Below, piece by piece: positions 18,571 to 29,499 of a stretch of DNA of 64,000 bases. The notes below the pieces were generated by a model. That model saw only the letters and a list, made by a program, of their open reading frames with translations, searched no databases and was not told the origin of the DNA. Source of the stretch: Selenomonadaceae bacterium (GTDB taxonomy: Bacteria; Bacillota; Negativicutes; Selenomonadales; Selenomonadaceae); the NCBI GenBank assembly GCA_045617105.1, contig JAZLHW010000048.1, positions 1,574 to 65,573 of the forward strand, written 5' to 3'. The number at the start of each line of letters is the position of its first letter. Positions within the stretch are counted from its first letter, which is position 1. The translations under genes and the position numbers were made by a program.

Positions 18571-20119
18571 ATTTCTCTTCATGATATTCTTTTTCTGCAT
18601 TGACCATCCATACTCTATGCCGGTTCTTGTTGCCATCTCGCACACATTGAACGGCTTCCATGGCACTCAACATGCTGTGATCCATGTTGTTGTAGCGGTG
18701 CTGCCCATTTCTTCCAATGCAATAGAGGTTTTCCACACCCTCCAAAAATTCCTGTACCTTTGGAAATTCCTTATAGCTGTCAAAGTAAGCAGGATACGCC
18801 TTCGGCACTCGAATGACCGTACTCTCCCTCACATCCTCGCTGTCAATAACATCGATTTTTTCCAGCTCCTCTATGGCAAATCGGATAATATCCGAATCCG
18901 TCCTTTCCCACATTTCGTCATGCTCCTGACAGAAATATTCCATTCCGATCCAAACCGTATCCTTGGGAGATCTCACCATATAGGGTGACCAATTATTGAA
19001 TATCTGCAATCTCCCTACCTTGACCTCCGGCTCCTGCACATAGATCCAGCAATCCGGCACATTTCCATTGAAAGTTCTGATTTTCGTTTGGTTTTTCAGC
19101 TTCATCTTGTCCACCAAAAGACCTACCGTTATGAAATCCCGATAAGGAAGTTCCTTTGCCGTCCTGCGTACAGATTCCTGCACCATGGACGCAGGCATTC
19201 CCCCTACAAGCTCCGATATCGGCATGGAGGAAAAGAATACGTCCCCTTCCAAGCTCTGTTCTGTTCCATTCTCTGCAACCTGAACTCCCTGAACATGATG
19301 CACATTGTCCATCTGTATCCCAACGACCTTGGCATGAAAATGTATCTCTCCGCCCATTCGTTCCACCTCGGAACGCAGCTTCTCCCAAAGCTGCCCGGGA
19401 CCTAATTTAGGGTAATAAAATCTCTCTATCAATGAAGTTTCTCCTGCCCCCTCCTTCTGCCCCATTGTCTTTTTTACAAAATCCATCAATGCTTTACTGA
19501 GAGAAAGCCCCTTGATACGCTGGCTGCCCCAATCCGCATCAATATCCTTCGGGTAGCGTCCCCATACCTTGTGCGTATAATCCCGAAAAAAGGTCTGGTA
19601 CAGCTTCCTGCCGAAGCGATTGACCATGAAATCCTCCAAATTTCGTTCCTTTCGCTGAAGCATCTGTGACAAGACGAAGCTTATCCCAATTTCCATCATG
19701 TTCCCAATGCCAAGGTTTTGAATGGTCTGCATACTGAGAGAAACTGGATAAGAAAAAAACTTGCGGCGGTAGAGAATACGGGACACTCGATTGCGGTTCA
19801 GCAGAACCTCATCCTCCCTCTCAGGATTTGGCCCATTTTCCTCCAGCTTCGACTCCCTTTCCAAAAGCTTGTCATCCAATGCAGGTGCTCCCTGCAAGGG
19901 CAGAAGCTCCTTCCATAGCTTTACTACCTCTTGATTCTTTGAAAAGAATCGATGCCCGCCTATATCCATGCGGTTTCCCTTGTAATTCACCGTGCGGGAA
20001 ATCCCCCCCACAAAATCTTCCTGCTCCAAAATAATGGGATGAATATCTGTATTCTTGAGCAAATAATACGCAGCCGTAAGACCTGCAGGACCTGCTCCTA
20101 TAATAATTGCCTTTTTCAA
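18569..20119 (-). CDS. FAD/NAD(P)-binding oxidoreductase (amine-oxidase / UDP-galactopyranose-mutase-like fold)
   Basis: 516 aa. The N-terminal Rossmann motif is [19 protein letters not shown], then [14 protein letters not shown]...GGHRFF. Substrate unknown. Confidence 0.7.
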   Translation of the reverse strand: MKKAIIIGAGPAGLTAAYYLLKNTDIHPIILEQEDFVGGISRTVNYKGNRMDIGGHRFFSKNQEVVKLWKELLPLQGAPALDDKLLERESKLEENGPNPEREDEVLLNRNRVSRILYRRKFFSYPVSLSMQTIQNLGIGNMMEIGISFVLSQMLQRKERNLEDFMVNRFGRKLYQTFFRDYTHKVWGRYPKDIDADWGSQRIKGLSLSKALMDFVKKTMGQKEGAGETSLIERFYYPKLGPGQLWEKLRSEVERMGGEIHFHAKVVGIQMDNVHHVQGVQVAENGTEQSLEGDVFFSSMPISELVGGMPASMVQESVRRTAKELPYRDFITVGLLVDKMKLKNQTKIRTFNGNVPDCWIYVQEPEVKVGRLQIFNNWSPYMVRSPKDTVWIGMEYFCQEHDEMWERTDSDIIRFAIEELEKIDVIDSEDVRESTVIRVPKAYPAYFDSYKEFPKVQEFLEGVENLYCIGRNGQHRYNNMDHSMLSAMEAVQCVRDGNKNRHRVWMVNAEKEYHEEK

Positions 20120-20222
20120 AATTCTCTCCCCTATTCCTCTACGCTTCTCTATTTGTCATTATACTAAATTTTTCAGCTATCTTCAATTTTTATGTTAATC
20201 TTTCATTCATTCCAGTATTATC

Positions 20223-20354
20223 ACCAATAATTATTTTATGTAATATTTATTAAACCAGCAATAGATATAGTTTTTTCGTGATTTATCTCTCTATTTTCAT
20301 TTTAAATTATTTTAACTATCTAATTAAATTACCAATATTTATTTTATGTAATAT
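20223..20354. repeat. Two copies of a 24-nt AT-rich direct repeat
   Basis: ACCAATAATTATTTTATGTAATAT (20223-20246) and ACCAATATTTATTTTATGTAATAT (20331-20354) match at 23/24 positions, 108 nt apart. They lie in the very AT-rich spacer upstream of the oxidoreductase gene. Confidence 0.7.
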
Positions 20355-20375
20355 AAATAAATACTATTTATACTC

Positions 20376-20411
20376 AAAAAGCCGTAACTTTTAATAAAGC
20401 TACGGCTTTTT
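20376..20411 (-). terminator. Intrinsic terminator downstream of htpX
   Basis: AAAAA-GCCGTA...TACGGC-TTTTT: a hairpin with A/T runs on both sides, about 40 nt after the htpX stop. Confidence 0.6.
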
Positions 20412-20425
20412 AAACGAATATACAC

Positions 20426-20449
20426 TAACACAATATATATATTGTGTTA
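20426..20449. repeat. Perfect 24-bp palindrome abutting the htpX stop codon
   Basis: TAACACAATATATATATTGTGTTA reads identically on both strands. Function unknown. Confidence 0.6.
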
Positions 20450-20450
20450 A

Positions 20451-21308
20451 CTATCTTATTTCTCTTGCCTGTTGACGCAATCTCGCAACACGATCGCTCG
20501 TTTGTGGATGCGTACTAAAAAGGTTTGCCATGGACTTTTTGGCATTTTCCAATGGGTTGACGATGAACATGTGTGCCGTTGCAGGCGTTGCCTGTGCCAT
20601 TGGCTGGGAGTTCCTTGCATAGTACTCCATCTTTTCCAAAGCATCTGCGAGATATTCCGGATGGCCGCAGATCTCACCGCCGCCATAATCTGCCTCAAAC
20701 TCCCTTGAACGGGATATCGCCATCTGGATCAAGCCTGCCGCTAACGGTGCAATGATAATCGTTGCCAAGGATCCCAAAAATCCCCCATGCTCCTCATCAT
20801 CGGAACGTCCAAAGATTGCTGCCCACTGTGCCATATTTGCAATCCATGAAATCATCGTGGCAAAGGTTGCCGCAATCGTAGAGATCAAGATATCGTGGTG
20901 CTTCACATGCGCAAGCTCATGAGCCACGACACCCGAAAGCTCGTTGTAGTTCAAGGTTCGCATGATTCCGGTCGTCACAGCAACTGCCGCATGCTCCGGA
21001 TTTCTTCCCGTAGCAAAGGCATTTGGCTCAGGCGAATCAATAATGCAGACACGAGGCATAGGAAGCTCTGCACGAGCTGCCAAATTTTCTACCATGCGGT
21101 AAAGCTCCGGTGCCTCCGAAGGCCCTATCTCCCTTGCATTGTACATCCGCAGTACCATGGAATCGCTGTTCCAATAGCTATAAAAATTCATTCCGATAGC
21201 AATCACAAACATAATGCTTGCACCGTGCGAACCTCCGATAGCCCCGCCAACTGCCACCAGCACGCCCATCAAAAGCGCCATCAGTATTGTTGTTTTTACG
21301 GTATTCAT
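20451..21308 (-). CDS. htpX: Zinc metalloprotease HtpX (M48 family)
   Basis: 285 aa. Four TM helices and the HELAHVKHHD zinc-binding motif. The overall sequence is typical of HtpX. Confidence 0.9.
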   Translation of the reverse strand: MNTVKTTILMALLMGVLVAVGGAIGGSHGASIMFVIAIGMNFYSYWNSDSMVLRMYNAREIGPSEAPELYRMVENLAARAELPMPRVCIIDSPEPNAFATGRNPEHAAVAVTTGIMRTLNYNELSGVVAHELAHVKHHDILISTIAATFATMISWIANMAQWAAIFGRSDDEEHGGFLGSLATIIIAPLAAGLIQMAISRSREFEADYGGGEICGHPEYLADALEKMEYYARNSQPMAQATPATAHMFIVNPLENAKKSMANLFSTHPQTSDRVARLRQQAREIR

Positions 21309-21311
21309 GTC

Positions 21312-22019
21312 TTATTCCTCCTTATTTTTCCCATGAGAACGCTTGTACCAGCCTATCGCCAGCACGACAATAATAAAAATAACCTTCAGCGGCACAGCAT
21401 AATCTATCAGAATACTTCCCATCGCCTCATCGCTCGTCATCAACTCCGCCGCCGTATAGGCTAAAATAGCAGAGCCCATATAAATGAGGGCAGGTATCTT
21501 CTTCATCAGCATCAAGAAAAGCTGCGCCCCGCAGAGGACAATAGGAATGCTTACAAGCAAACCGCAGATGATCAAACTCCATTTCCCTTCTGGAACGGTA
21601 TTGGCAACACCTGCCAAAGAAAGAATGTTGTCAATGCTCATGATGAAATCTGCTATCAAGATCGTCTTGACCGCTGCCCAGAAGCTTGCAGGCTGCTCTC
21701 CCTCCTTTAACTCTCCCTTATTCTCTGTCACCAGCTTGACAGCGATATAGAGAAGTGCTGCACCTCCGATAAATTCCAAATAAGGTGCTGCCAGCAAGCT
21801 AGTTGCAAACAAGGTACAAACGATACGAATTAGGACAGCCCCCATGCCGCCAATAAAGATCGCCTTCCCCCTGTTATGCTCCGGCAGGTTCTTGCAGGCA
21901 AGCGCGATCAAAATTGCATTGTCCCCCGAAAGAATGATATCCAGCATCAAGATTCCTGTCAAAGCTGCGATCCACTCCGGAGAAAACATTCCACTAAATA
22001 AATTTTCCAATACACTCAT
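21312..22019 (-). CDS. TerC-family integral membrane protein (YkoY/YjbE-like, putative Mn2+ exporter)
   Basis: ORF-track frame 21312..22133 trimmed to the ATG at 22019 (MSVLENLF...), because the upstream part is occupied by a riboswitch and terminator. The TerC signature is DIILSGDNAILIAL... with a second SIDNILSLAG repeat. Confidence 0.85.
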   Translation of the reverse strand: MSVLENLFSGMFSPEWIAALTGILMLDIILSGDNAILIALACKNLPEHNRGKAIFIGGMGAVLIRIVCTLFATSLLAAPYLEFIGGAALLYIAVKLVTENKGELKEGEQPASFWAAVKTILIADFIMSIDNILSLAGVANTVPEGKWSLIICGLLVSIPIVLCGAQLFLMLMKKIPALIYMGSAILAYTAAELMTSDEAMGSILIDYAVPLKVIFIIVVLAIGWYKRSHGKNKEE

Positions 22020-22055
22020 CTCCTTTTCCTCAAATGCAGCCTGCATCTGAGATAC

Positions 22056-22109
22056 AAAAAGACCTTGTTCCACGAAAAAACAAAAGGTTCTTTCATGGAA
22101 CAAGGTCTT
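22056..22109 (-). terminator. Riboswitch expression-platform terminator
   Basis: Long hairpin AAGACCTTGTTCCATGAAAGAAC / GTTTTTTCGTGGAACAAGGTCTT followed by TTTTT. Its 5' arm overlaps the conserved 3' strand of the aptamer. Confidence 0.7.
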
Positions 22110-22187
22110 GCTTACAACAAATGCCGGCCACACCGGGCGGAAAAACCGCCGTACTGACGATGCCTGACCGTTAGGCTACTCCCCTTG
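22101..22187 (-). promoter_or_regulatory. yybP-ykoY (Mn2+-sensing) riboswitch aptamer
   Basis: The minus strand reads CAAGGGGAGUAGCCUAACGGUCAGGCA...UGUAAGCAAGACCUUG. It contains the family's conserved GGGGAGUAG and AGCAAGACCUU blocks with complementary ends (CAAGG/CCUUG). It sits upstream of a TerC-family gene, the canonical context. Confidence 0.8.
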
Positions 22188-22240
22188 TTAAGAATCTATG
22201 TAAGTACTATATCATATCCCTGTTCAACTTGCAAGCAAAA

Positions 22241-24280
<2,040 letters not shown>

Positions 24281-25267
24281 TTACTCCCCTATCTTTTTCT
24301 CTGCATAAAACGACCCATCTGCCCTTTTTCCGTGTCTTGACGAAATATAATCCCGCCTGCGTACCGGCTTGAATTTTTCCATCTTGGGTGACTGTGCCAA
24401 ATCAAAACGAAGATCGTACATCGTCTTTCTTATGATATCCTCTGTCAAGCATTGCGGCGGCAGACATTTGTAGAGCATAACCAACCGCTTGGCTTCCAGC
24501 GTATCCAACTGATCCAATCTCGCTTCCTTTGCCCATATCTGCACCAAAGAAGCCCGCTGGCTGTTTAGCATATAGGTCGTGCATTCCGGCACATTTACCT
24601 TAACTTCCTTATAGGAAGCCCAAGGTATATCCTGCAAGACCTTGCGAACCTCCTGACGAAGCCATGCCTCATGCTTTCCCTTGCAAACCGAACAACGAAG
24701 CTCCTTTTTTGGGCAAAGAGCACTGCAATCCTTGCAGACATGCCATTCTTTCTCCTTCTTGAGCTTCGCTAGCTGCTGGTGCTTTATAGAAAGCCTCAGC
24801 AGATGTTTTTTCAGTTCCTCATCTTCAACATTTTCGCATTGAACACGAATTTCTTGAAGCTCCGCCTCCGTGAGATTCACCTGCCGCAATTTTTTTTCAA
24901 AGTGAAAATCTTCTTCCTTTCCAAATTCACCTGAAATATCTGTAGGAGAGAAAGTTTGCTGCCTTTTTCCGAATCGAATTTCCCTTACCAGCCTTTCTCC
25001 GGCACAGTTATTGACGAGCTGAAGGATCTCCAGCTGCCTCATTTGTATTTCGTTACGCCAAGACGGATTTTCTGCATAAAGCCAAAGCGTTTTCCCCTCT
25101 ATGCCTACAGCTTGGACATTTTGAGCAATCATCTGTCCTACAAGGCTTTGCCAACGGCACAGAACAAAATGACGGCGATACAGCTTCTCGGCCTTTGCGC
25201 CAAGGGAATGAATACTTTTGGGCAAGATCCTGTCCAACAGCTCCAGCCCAGGGGTTCGTGTCTCCAT
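24281..25267 (-). CDS. DUF721 (DciA/YaaB-like) domain protein with long C-terminal zinc-ribbon extension
   Basis: GAGGTG lies 6 nt upstream of the ATG at 25267. The N-terminal ~100 aa (CRWQSLVGQMIAQNVQAVGIEGKTLWLYAENPSWRNEIQMRQLEIL) look like the DUF721 protein that conventionally sits between recF and gyrB. About 220 further aa include CKDCSALCPKKELRCSVCKGK. Confidence 0.7.
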   Translation of the reverse strand: METRTPGLELLDRILPKSIHSLGAKAEKLYRRHFVLCRWQSLVGQMIAQNVQAVGIEGKTLWLYAENPSWRNEIQMRQLEILQLVNNCAGERLVREIRFGKRQQTFSPTDISGEFGKEEDFHFEKKLRQVNLTEAELQEIRVQCENVEDEELKKHLLRLSIKHQQLAKLKKEKEWHVCKDCSALCPKKELRCSVCKGKHEAWLRQEVRKVLQDIPWASYKEVKVNVPECTTYMLNSQRASLVQIWAKEARLDQLDTLEAKRLVMLYKCLPPQCLTEDIIRKTMYDLRFDLAQSPKMEKFKPVRRRDYISSRHGKRADGSFYAEKKIGE

Positions 25268-25303
25268 TCCTTTCACCTCTTGCTTGCAGAAACATCACTT
25301 TCG

Positions 25304-26410
25304 TTACAGCTTCCGTATTCTTCCCTGCGATACCTCATAATATGCCCCAACACGTTCTTTTGGGAAATATGCTTCCTCTGTCGCAGTAACCAGCGTCTGT
25401 ATTTTTTCCTTGCAAATAAAATCCAAAAGCTGCCTGCGCCTTGCGGCATCCAACTCACTCATCACATCGTCCAGCAAAAGAATCGGATATTCTCCCGTTT
25501 CCGAACGCAGAAACTCCAGCTCCGAAAGCTTCAGTGCAAGCGCTCCCGTTCTCTGCTGTCCTTGAGAACCAAAGGAACGAAGATTGATTTCGTTAACCTC
25601 CAAAACCAAATCATCATGATGAGGTCCAATGCTTGTACTTCCCCGCAAAATATCCTTTTCCCTAAAAGCTCTCAGCTTATTATTATACCATGCCTCTAGG
25701 TCGTTTGTCATTTCTCCTTTGTCCATGCCCCGAATCTCATAGAGAACAGACAGCTTTTCCTGCTGGCTGGAAATTCTCCCCTGCACCATTTCTGCGATAC
25801 GGTTCAGTTTTTGGATAGATTCCTTGCGCTTCCTCGTAATCTTTGCAGCCGTTTCCGCCAGCTGAACGTCCCACAGATCAAGCATCGATTCCGATGATCT
25901 CCGCTCACGAATACTCTTGAGCAGTGTATTCCTTTGCGAAAGAATCCGATGATACTGTAAAAGCGACTGGTAGTAGGAAGGGCTTGCCTGAGAAATCTCC
26001 CCATCTAGGAAACGCCGTCTTCCCAAAGGAGCCCCCTTTATCAGAAAAAGATCCTCCGGAGAAAAGAGAACCGTATGGAGCTTTCCTATCATTTCCTTGG
26101 GAGGAATTTGCTGTCCGTTGGAAATGATCTTCCTGCGTTCCTCCCTGCTGAACTTAAGCTCCATTACCTGCGAGATCCCCATCCGTTCATAAGCAATGCG
26201 AGCATAGCCTTCCTTCTGGTCCCAAAGAATCAGTTCCGTATCCGTGCGTGTCCTATGGGAATGTCCCAAGGAAGCATAGTAAATAGCTTCCATAACATTC
26301 GTTTTTCCTTGCGCGTTTTGACCTAAAAAGATATTGATTCCATGCTCCAATTCCAGATCCAAGGAAGAATAGTTTCTATAATTTCTCAATGATAAAGAAT
26401 GAACATACAT
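25304..26410 (-). CDS. recF: DNA replication/repair protein RecF
   Basis: 368 aa. N-terminus LSLRNYRNY...GQNAQGKTNVMEAI (Walker A), then the SMC-like signature SQGQQRT and LLLDDVMSELD. Confidence 0.95.
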   Translation of the reverse strand: MYVHSLSLRNYRNYSSLDLELEHGINIFLGQNAQGKTNVMEAIYYASLGHSHRTRTDTELILWDQKEGYARIAYERMGISQVMELKFSREERRKIISNGQQIPPKEMIGKLHTVLFSPEDLFLIKGAPLGRRRFLDGEISQASPSYYQSLLQYHRILSQRNTLLKSIRERRSSESMLDLWDVQLAETAAKITRKRKESIQKLNRIAEMVQGRISSQQEKLSVLYEIRGMDKGEMTNDLEAWYNNKLRAFREKDILRGSTSIGPHHDDLVLEVNEINLRSFGSQGQQRTGALALKLSELEFLRSETGEYPILLLDDVMSELDAARRRQLLDFICKEKIQTLVTATEEAYFPKERVGAYYEVSQGRIRKL

Positions 26411-26413
26411 TCC

Positions 26414-26635
26414 TCAGCATTCCTTTCGGACGACCTTCCATGCACCAATTCCCTCGATCTCGATGATATCTCCTGCATGAAGCTTGCGTCTTTTCGCAGA
26501 TTCCGTTTCTCCATTTTTCTTGATACGTCGTTCCTCCAAAAGTGACTTGATCTCTCCTCCCGAGGACAAGATCCCTGCCCATTTCAGGAATTGATCCAAC
26601 TGGATCTCCTCTGTTTCAATAACAACTTCTTCCAT
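26414..26635 (-). CDS. yaaA: S4-domain RNA-binding protein YaaA
   Basis: Trimmed to the ATG at 26635, with GGGAGGG 6 nt upstream. About 73 aa (LDQFLKWAGILSSGGEIKSLLEERRIKKNGE). It occupies the conserved slot between dnaN and recF. Confidence 0.85.
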   Translation of the reverse strand: MEEVVIETEEIQLDQFLKWAGILSSGGEIKSLLEERRIKKNGETESAKRRKLHAGDIIEIEGIGAWKVVRKEC

Positions 26636-26655
26636 GCAAAACCCTCCCTGCAAAA

Positions 26656-27768
26656 TCAATGATTGGTGCGAACAGGCGTAACAATATAAGTAAATTCAGT
26701 ATCATCACCATCTCGAACCATGATGGGATTCAAGCTGGAATTCAAGGAAAACATACATTCTTTTCCTGTCAAGTTCTTGAGAACATCAACAATGTAATTT
26801 GCATTGAAAGCAATATTGACATCAGGGCCATTCACGACAGCAAGAACAGTTTCCTCCGCATATCCAATTTCTGGATTATTGGAAGAAATATGAAGCTTTC
26901 CAGAAGAAAATTCCAATCGGATCACATTATAGTCACCTGTCTTGGCAATCAAGGAAACACGCTCCACTGCGGCATGCAGTTCTTCCTTAGAAATGGTAAC
27001 CTCCGTACTGAAATCCTTGGGAATAACCCTATGATAATCAGGAAATACGCCTTCGATCAGGCGTGAGGTAATGTATATGTTCTCAAAAGCAAAGCTGATC
27101 TTGTTGTGTGAGCAGGTGACATGGACATTGATGGGAACATCAGAATCCATGATGTGCAGAAGCTCATTGAGTACCTTGGAAGGAATAATGATCTTGATTG
27201 CACCGATTGGTTCACTAAAGTTTTCATGCTTTACGGAAAGCCGATGCGTATTGGTTGCAGCCATGGTAACAACAGTTTGGTCAATCTCCAAAAGACAGCC
27301 GGTAAAAATAGGACGGTTTTCATCAGTCGAGCAGGAAAAAACTGTTTTTTTGATTAGGTTGCGAAGAACCTTGTCTTTGATATCGAAGGAAAGAGAACCT
27401 TCAAAGGGAGGAATAACAGGAAAATCGGAAACATTCATTCCAAGGAGCGTAAATTTCGAGTTTTCTGATTGGATATGCAGGATATTTTCCTTTGTATCAA
27501 AGCGGAAGGAAACATTTTCCCCAGGCAGCTTGCGGACAACCTCCTGCAAATAGCGTCCAGAAACGACAAGCGTTCCTTCCTGTTCAATTTCAGCTTCTAT
27601 ACGGACAATAAAACCAAGATCGTAATCCGTAGCTTGAAGCTCTAAGATATTTTTCTCTGTTTTTAGATATACACCAGAAAGTATTGGGGTTTGCGGTTTG
27701 CTTGCTACTGCCTTGGAAACGATTTGAAGAGCGTTCACAAGCTCCTTTTTCATACAAGTAAATATCAT
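26656..27768 (-). CDS. dnaN: DNA polymerase III beta sliding clamp
   Basis: 370 aa. Typical clamp sequence (ELVNALQIVSKAVASKPQTPILSGVYL...; ...PIMVRD...YIVTPVR). It is downstream of dnaA. Confidence 0.95.
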   Translation of the reverse strand: MIFTCMKKELVNALQIVSKAVASKPQTPILSGVYLKTEKNILELQATDYDLGFIVRIEAEIEQEGTLVVSGRYLQEVVRKLPGENVSFRFDTKENILHIQSENSKFTLLGMNVSDFPVIPPFEGSLSFDIKDKVLRNLIKKTVFSCSTDENRPIFTGCLLEIDQTVVTMAATNTHRLSVKHENFSEPIGAIKIIIPSKVLNELLHIMDSDVPINVHVTCSHNKISFAFENIYITSRLIEGVFPDYHRVIPKDFSTEVTISKEELHAAVERVSLIAKTGDYNVIRLEFSSGKLHISSNNPEIGYAEETVLAVVNGPDVNIAFNANYIVDVLKNLTGKECMFSLNSSLNPIMVRDGDDTEFTYIVTPVRTNH

Positions 27769-27805
27769 GATGATCCTTCTTTCTTTTATGCAGCTTAGTT
27801 TTAAG

Positions 27806-28015
27806 ATTGCTTATAAATATAAAATAAAACAGTAGTCGTCGTAGTAGGGGCTGTGGAAATGTAGAAAAGTGGTTTTAAACAAGGCAGTTGTTCATAAAAT
27901 GGAGTGGATAATCTTGTGGGAAAAGAAAAGGAGGTTATCCACACAATACACGGTGATAACCCCCTTTCTCAGTTATGAACATCTTGTTTGCAGCATATCC
28001 CTGCGATTATCCACG
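27806..28015. other. oriC part 2 (dnaA-dnaN spacer): AT-rich tract, DnaA-trio-like repeats and DnaA boxes
   Basis: AT-rich tract TTATAAATATAAAATAAAAC (27811-27830). TAG-TCG-TCG-TAG-TAG (27833-27847), then GGGC, then TGTGGAAAT (27852-27860). Further boxes are AGTGGATAA 27903-27911, TGTGGGAAA 27915-27923, a perfect TTATCCACA at 27935-27943, and TTATCCACG 28007-28015. Confidence 0.8.
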
Positions 28016-28025
28016 AAGTTATGCA

Positions 28026-29450
28026 CTACATTTGCTGGATAAGTGCTGTCAAGTCCTTCAGTGCTTTTTGAAGCTTTTTGTCCTGTTCCTTGTCGGTTTT
28101 TATTTTGTCACATGCATGCATGACGGTCGTATGGTCGCGTCCTCCAAAGGCACTGCCAATCTGCGGCAGGGAAGTATCTGTCAGCTCTCTGCAAAGGTAC
28201 ATAGCAATCTGCCTTGGATAAGCAATGTTTTTGGGACGCTTCTTGGAGTGAAGCTCATCGACAGGAATAGCAAAGTAATCCGCTACAATTTTTTGGATAA
28301 CATCGATCGTAATCTCTTTGGGCTTGCTATTGGCAAAAATGTCCTTCAATGCTTCTGCAACAAGCTCCGTTGTGATCATCTGGTGAGTAAGGGAAGCATA
28401 AGCAACCACGCGGGTCAACGCACCTTCCAGCTCTCGAATATTGCTGTCGATTCGGCTTGCAATGTAAATCATGACTTCATCACCGACATTGATATTATCG
28501 AGAAGAGCCTTCTTTTTGAGTATGGCAATTCTCGTTTCGAGATCAGGTGCCTGAATATCCGTGATCAAACCACACTCGAAGCGGGAGCGAAGCCTGTCGG
28601 TCAGCTGGTCAACGTCCTTTGGGGGACGATCCGAGGACAGAATGATCTGCTTGTTGGCATTGTAAAGCTCATTGAAGGTATGGAAGAATTCTTCCTGCGT
28701 GCTTTGTTTTCCGGAAAGGAACTGGATATCGTCAACGAGAAGCACATCAATGGTGCGGTACTTTTGGCGGAAGAACTCTCCCTTGTTGTCTCGAATGGAG
28801 TTGATCAGCTCATTGGTGAACTGCTCGCAGGAAACATAGAGGACACGTTTTTGCGGGCTGTTCTTTAAAATCTGGTTGCCGATTGCATGCATGAGATGCG
28901 TCTTTCCAAGTCCGACTCCTCCATACATGAAAAGAGGGTTGTATTTTGTTCCAGGTGCGGCAGCTACTCCCATAGCAGCACCGTGCGCCAACTGGTTGGA
29001 TTTTCCCATGACAAAGGTATTAAATGTGTATTTAGGGTTCAGGCTCGTCGTATCGCCGGGAGCGATCTGTTCTGCGGAATCCCGATGGCCCTGTTCTTCC
29101 TTTTCTGCGGAAGCGGGTGCATCAGAAAGCAGAGTACCCTGGACTAAATCAGGGGACGAGTCAGCGGAATCTACGGAAGATTCGTTGGCGTTTTGAAGAT
29201 TCAAGCTTTTGAGGACGATATGAATTTCTTGCTGCATCTCATTTTGCGCAGCATCCTCAAGGATAGTAATGTAACGCTTCTCGATCCAGTCCTTGTGCAG
29301 GCTGGTCGGTGCGCCAAGTGTCAGAGTCTGGTCTTCAAGGGAGATGGGGACAACCGGACGAAGCCAGTTTTTGCAGATGGACTCGGAGAGTGTTTCCTGA
29401 GATCTCTCAAGGATAGACTCCCAAATCTGTGGCATTTCTTTTCGATCCAT
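28026..29450 (-). CDS. dnaA: Chromosomal replication initiator DnaA
   Basis: AAA+ motifs [15 protein letters not shown] and LLVDDIQFL, plus the C-terminal DNA-binding helix ([16 protein letters not shown]). ORF-track frame 28026..29519 trimmed to the ATG at 29450 ([14 protein letters not shown]), because the 5' extension overlaps DnaA boxes. Confidence 0.93.
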   Translation of the reverse strand: MDRKEMPQIWESILERSQETLSESICKNWLRPVVPISLEDQTLTLGAPTSLHKDWIEKRYITILEDAAQNEMQQEIHIVLKSLNLQNANESSVDSADSSPDLVQGTLLSDAPASAEKEEQGHRDSAEQIAPGDTTSLNPKYTFNTFVMGKSNQLAHGAAMGVAAAPGTKYNPLFMYGGVGLGKTHLMHAIGNQILKNSPQKRVLYVSCEQFTNELINSIRDNKGEFFRQKYRTIDVLLVDDIQFLSGKQSTQEEFFHTFNELYNANKQIILSSDRPPKDVDQLTDRLRSRFECGLITDIQAPDLETRIAILKKKALLDNINVGDEVMIYIASRIDSNIRELEGALTRVVAYASLTHQMITTELVAEALKDIFANSKPKEITIDVIQKIVADYFAIPVDELHSKKRPKNIAYPRQIAMYLCRELTDTSLPQIGSAFGGRDHTTVMHACDKIKTDKEQDKKLQKALKDLTALIQQM

Positions 29451-29499
29451 AAAAAAATCCTTTCTGGCATAGAGTTTTCTTGTACACAAGAGATAGTAC

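Noticed and set aside
20223-20354. Possible CRISPR-like or tandem-repeat array in the AT-rich spacer
   Set aside because: There are only two repeat units, the spacing is not repeated further, and no cas genes are present. It is treated as a simple direct repeat.
27975-28868. 297-aa plus-strand ORF opposite dnaA, and the similar antisense ORFs opposite gyrB (22229..24046), recF (24956..25699) and dnaN (26659..27553)
   Set aside because: All of them overlap unambiguous housekeeping genes on the other strand and have no motifs. They are typical shadow ORFs in this moderately GC-rich (spot counts about 60% G+C) coding DNA.
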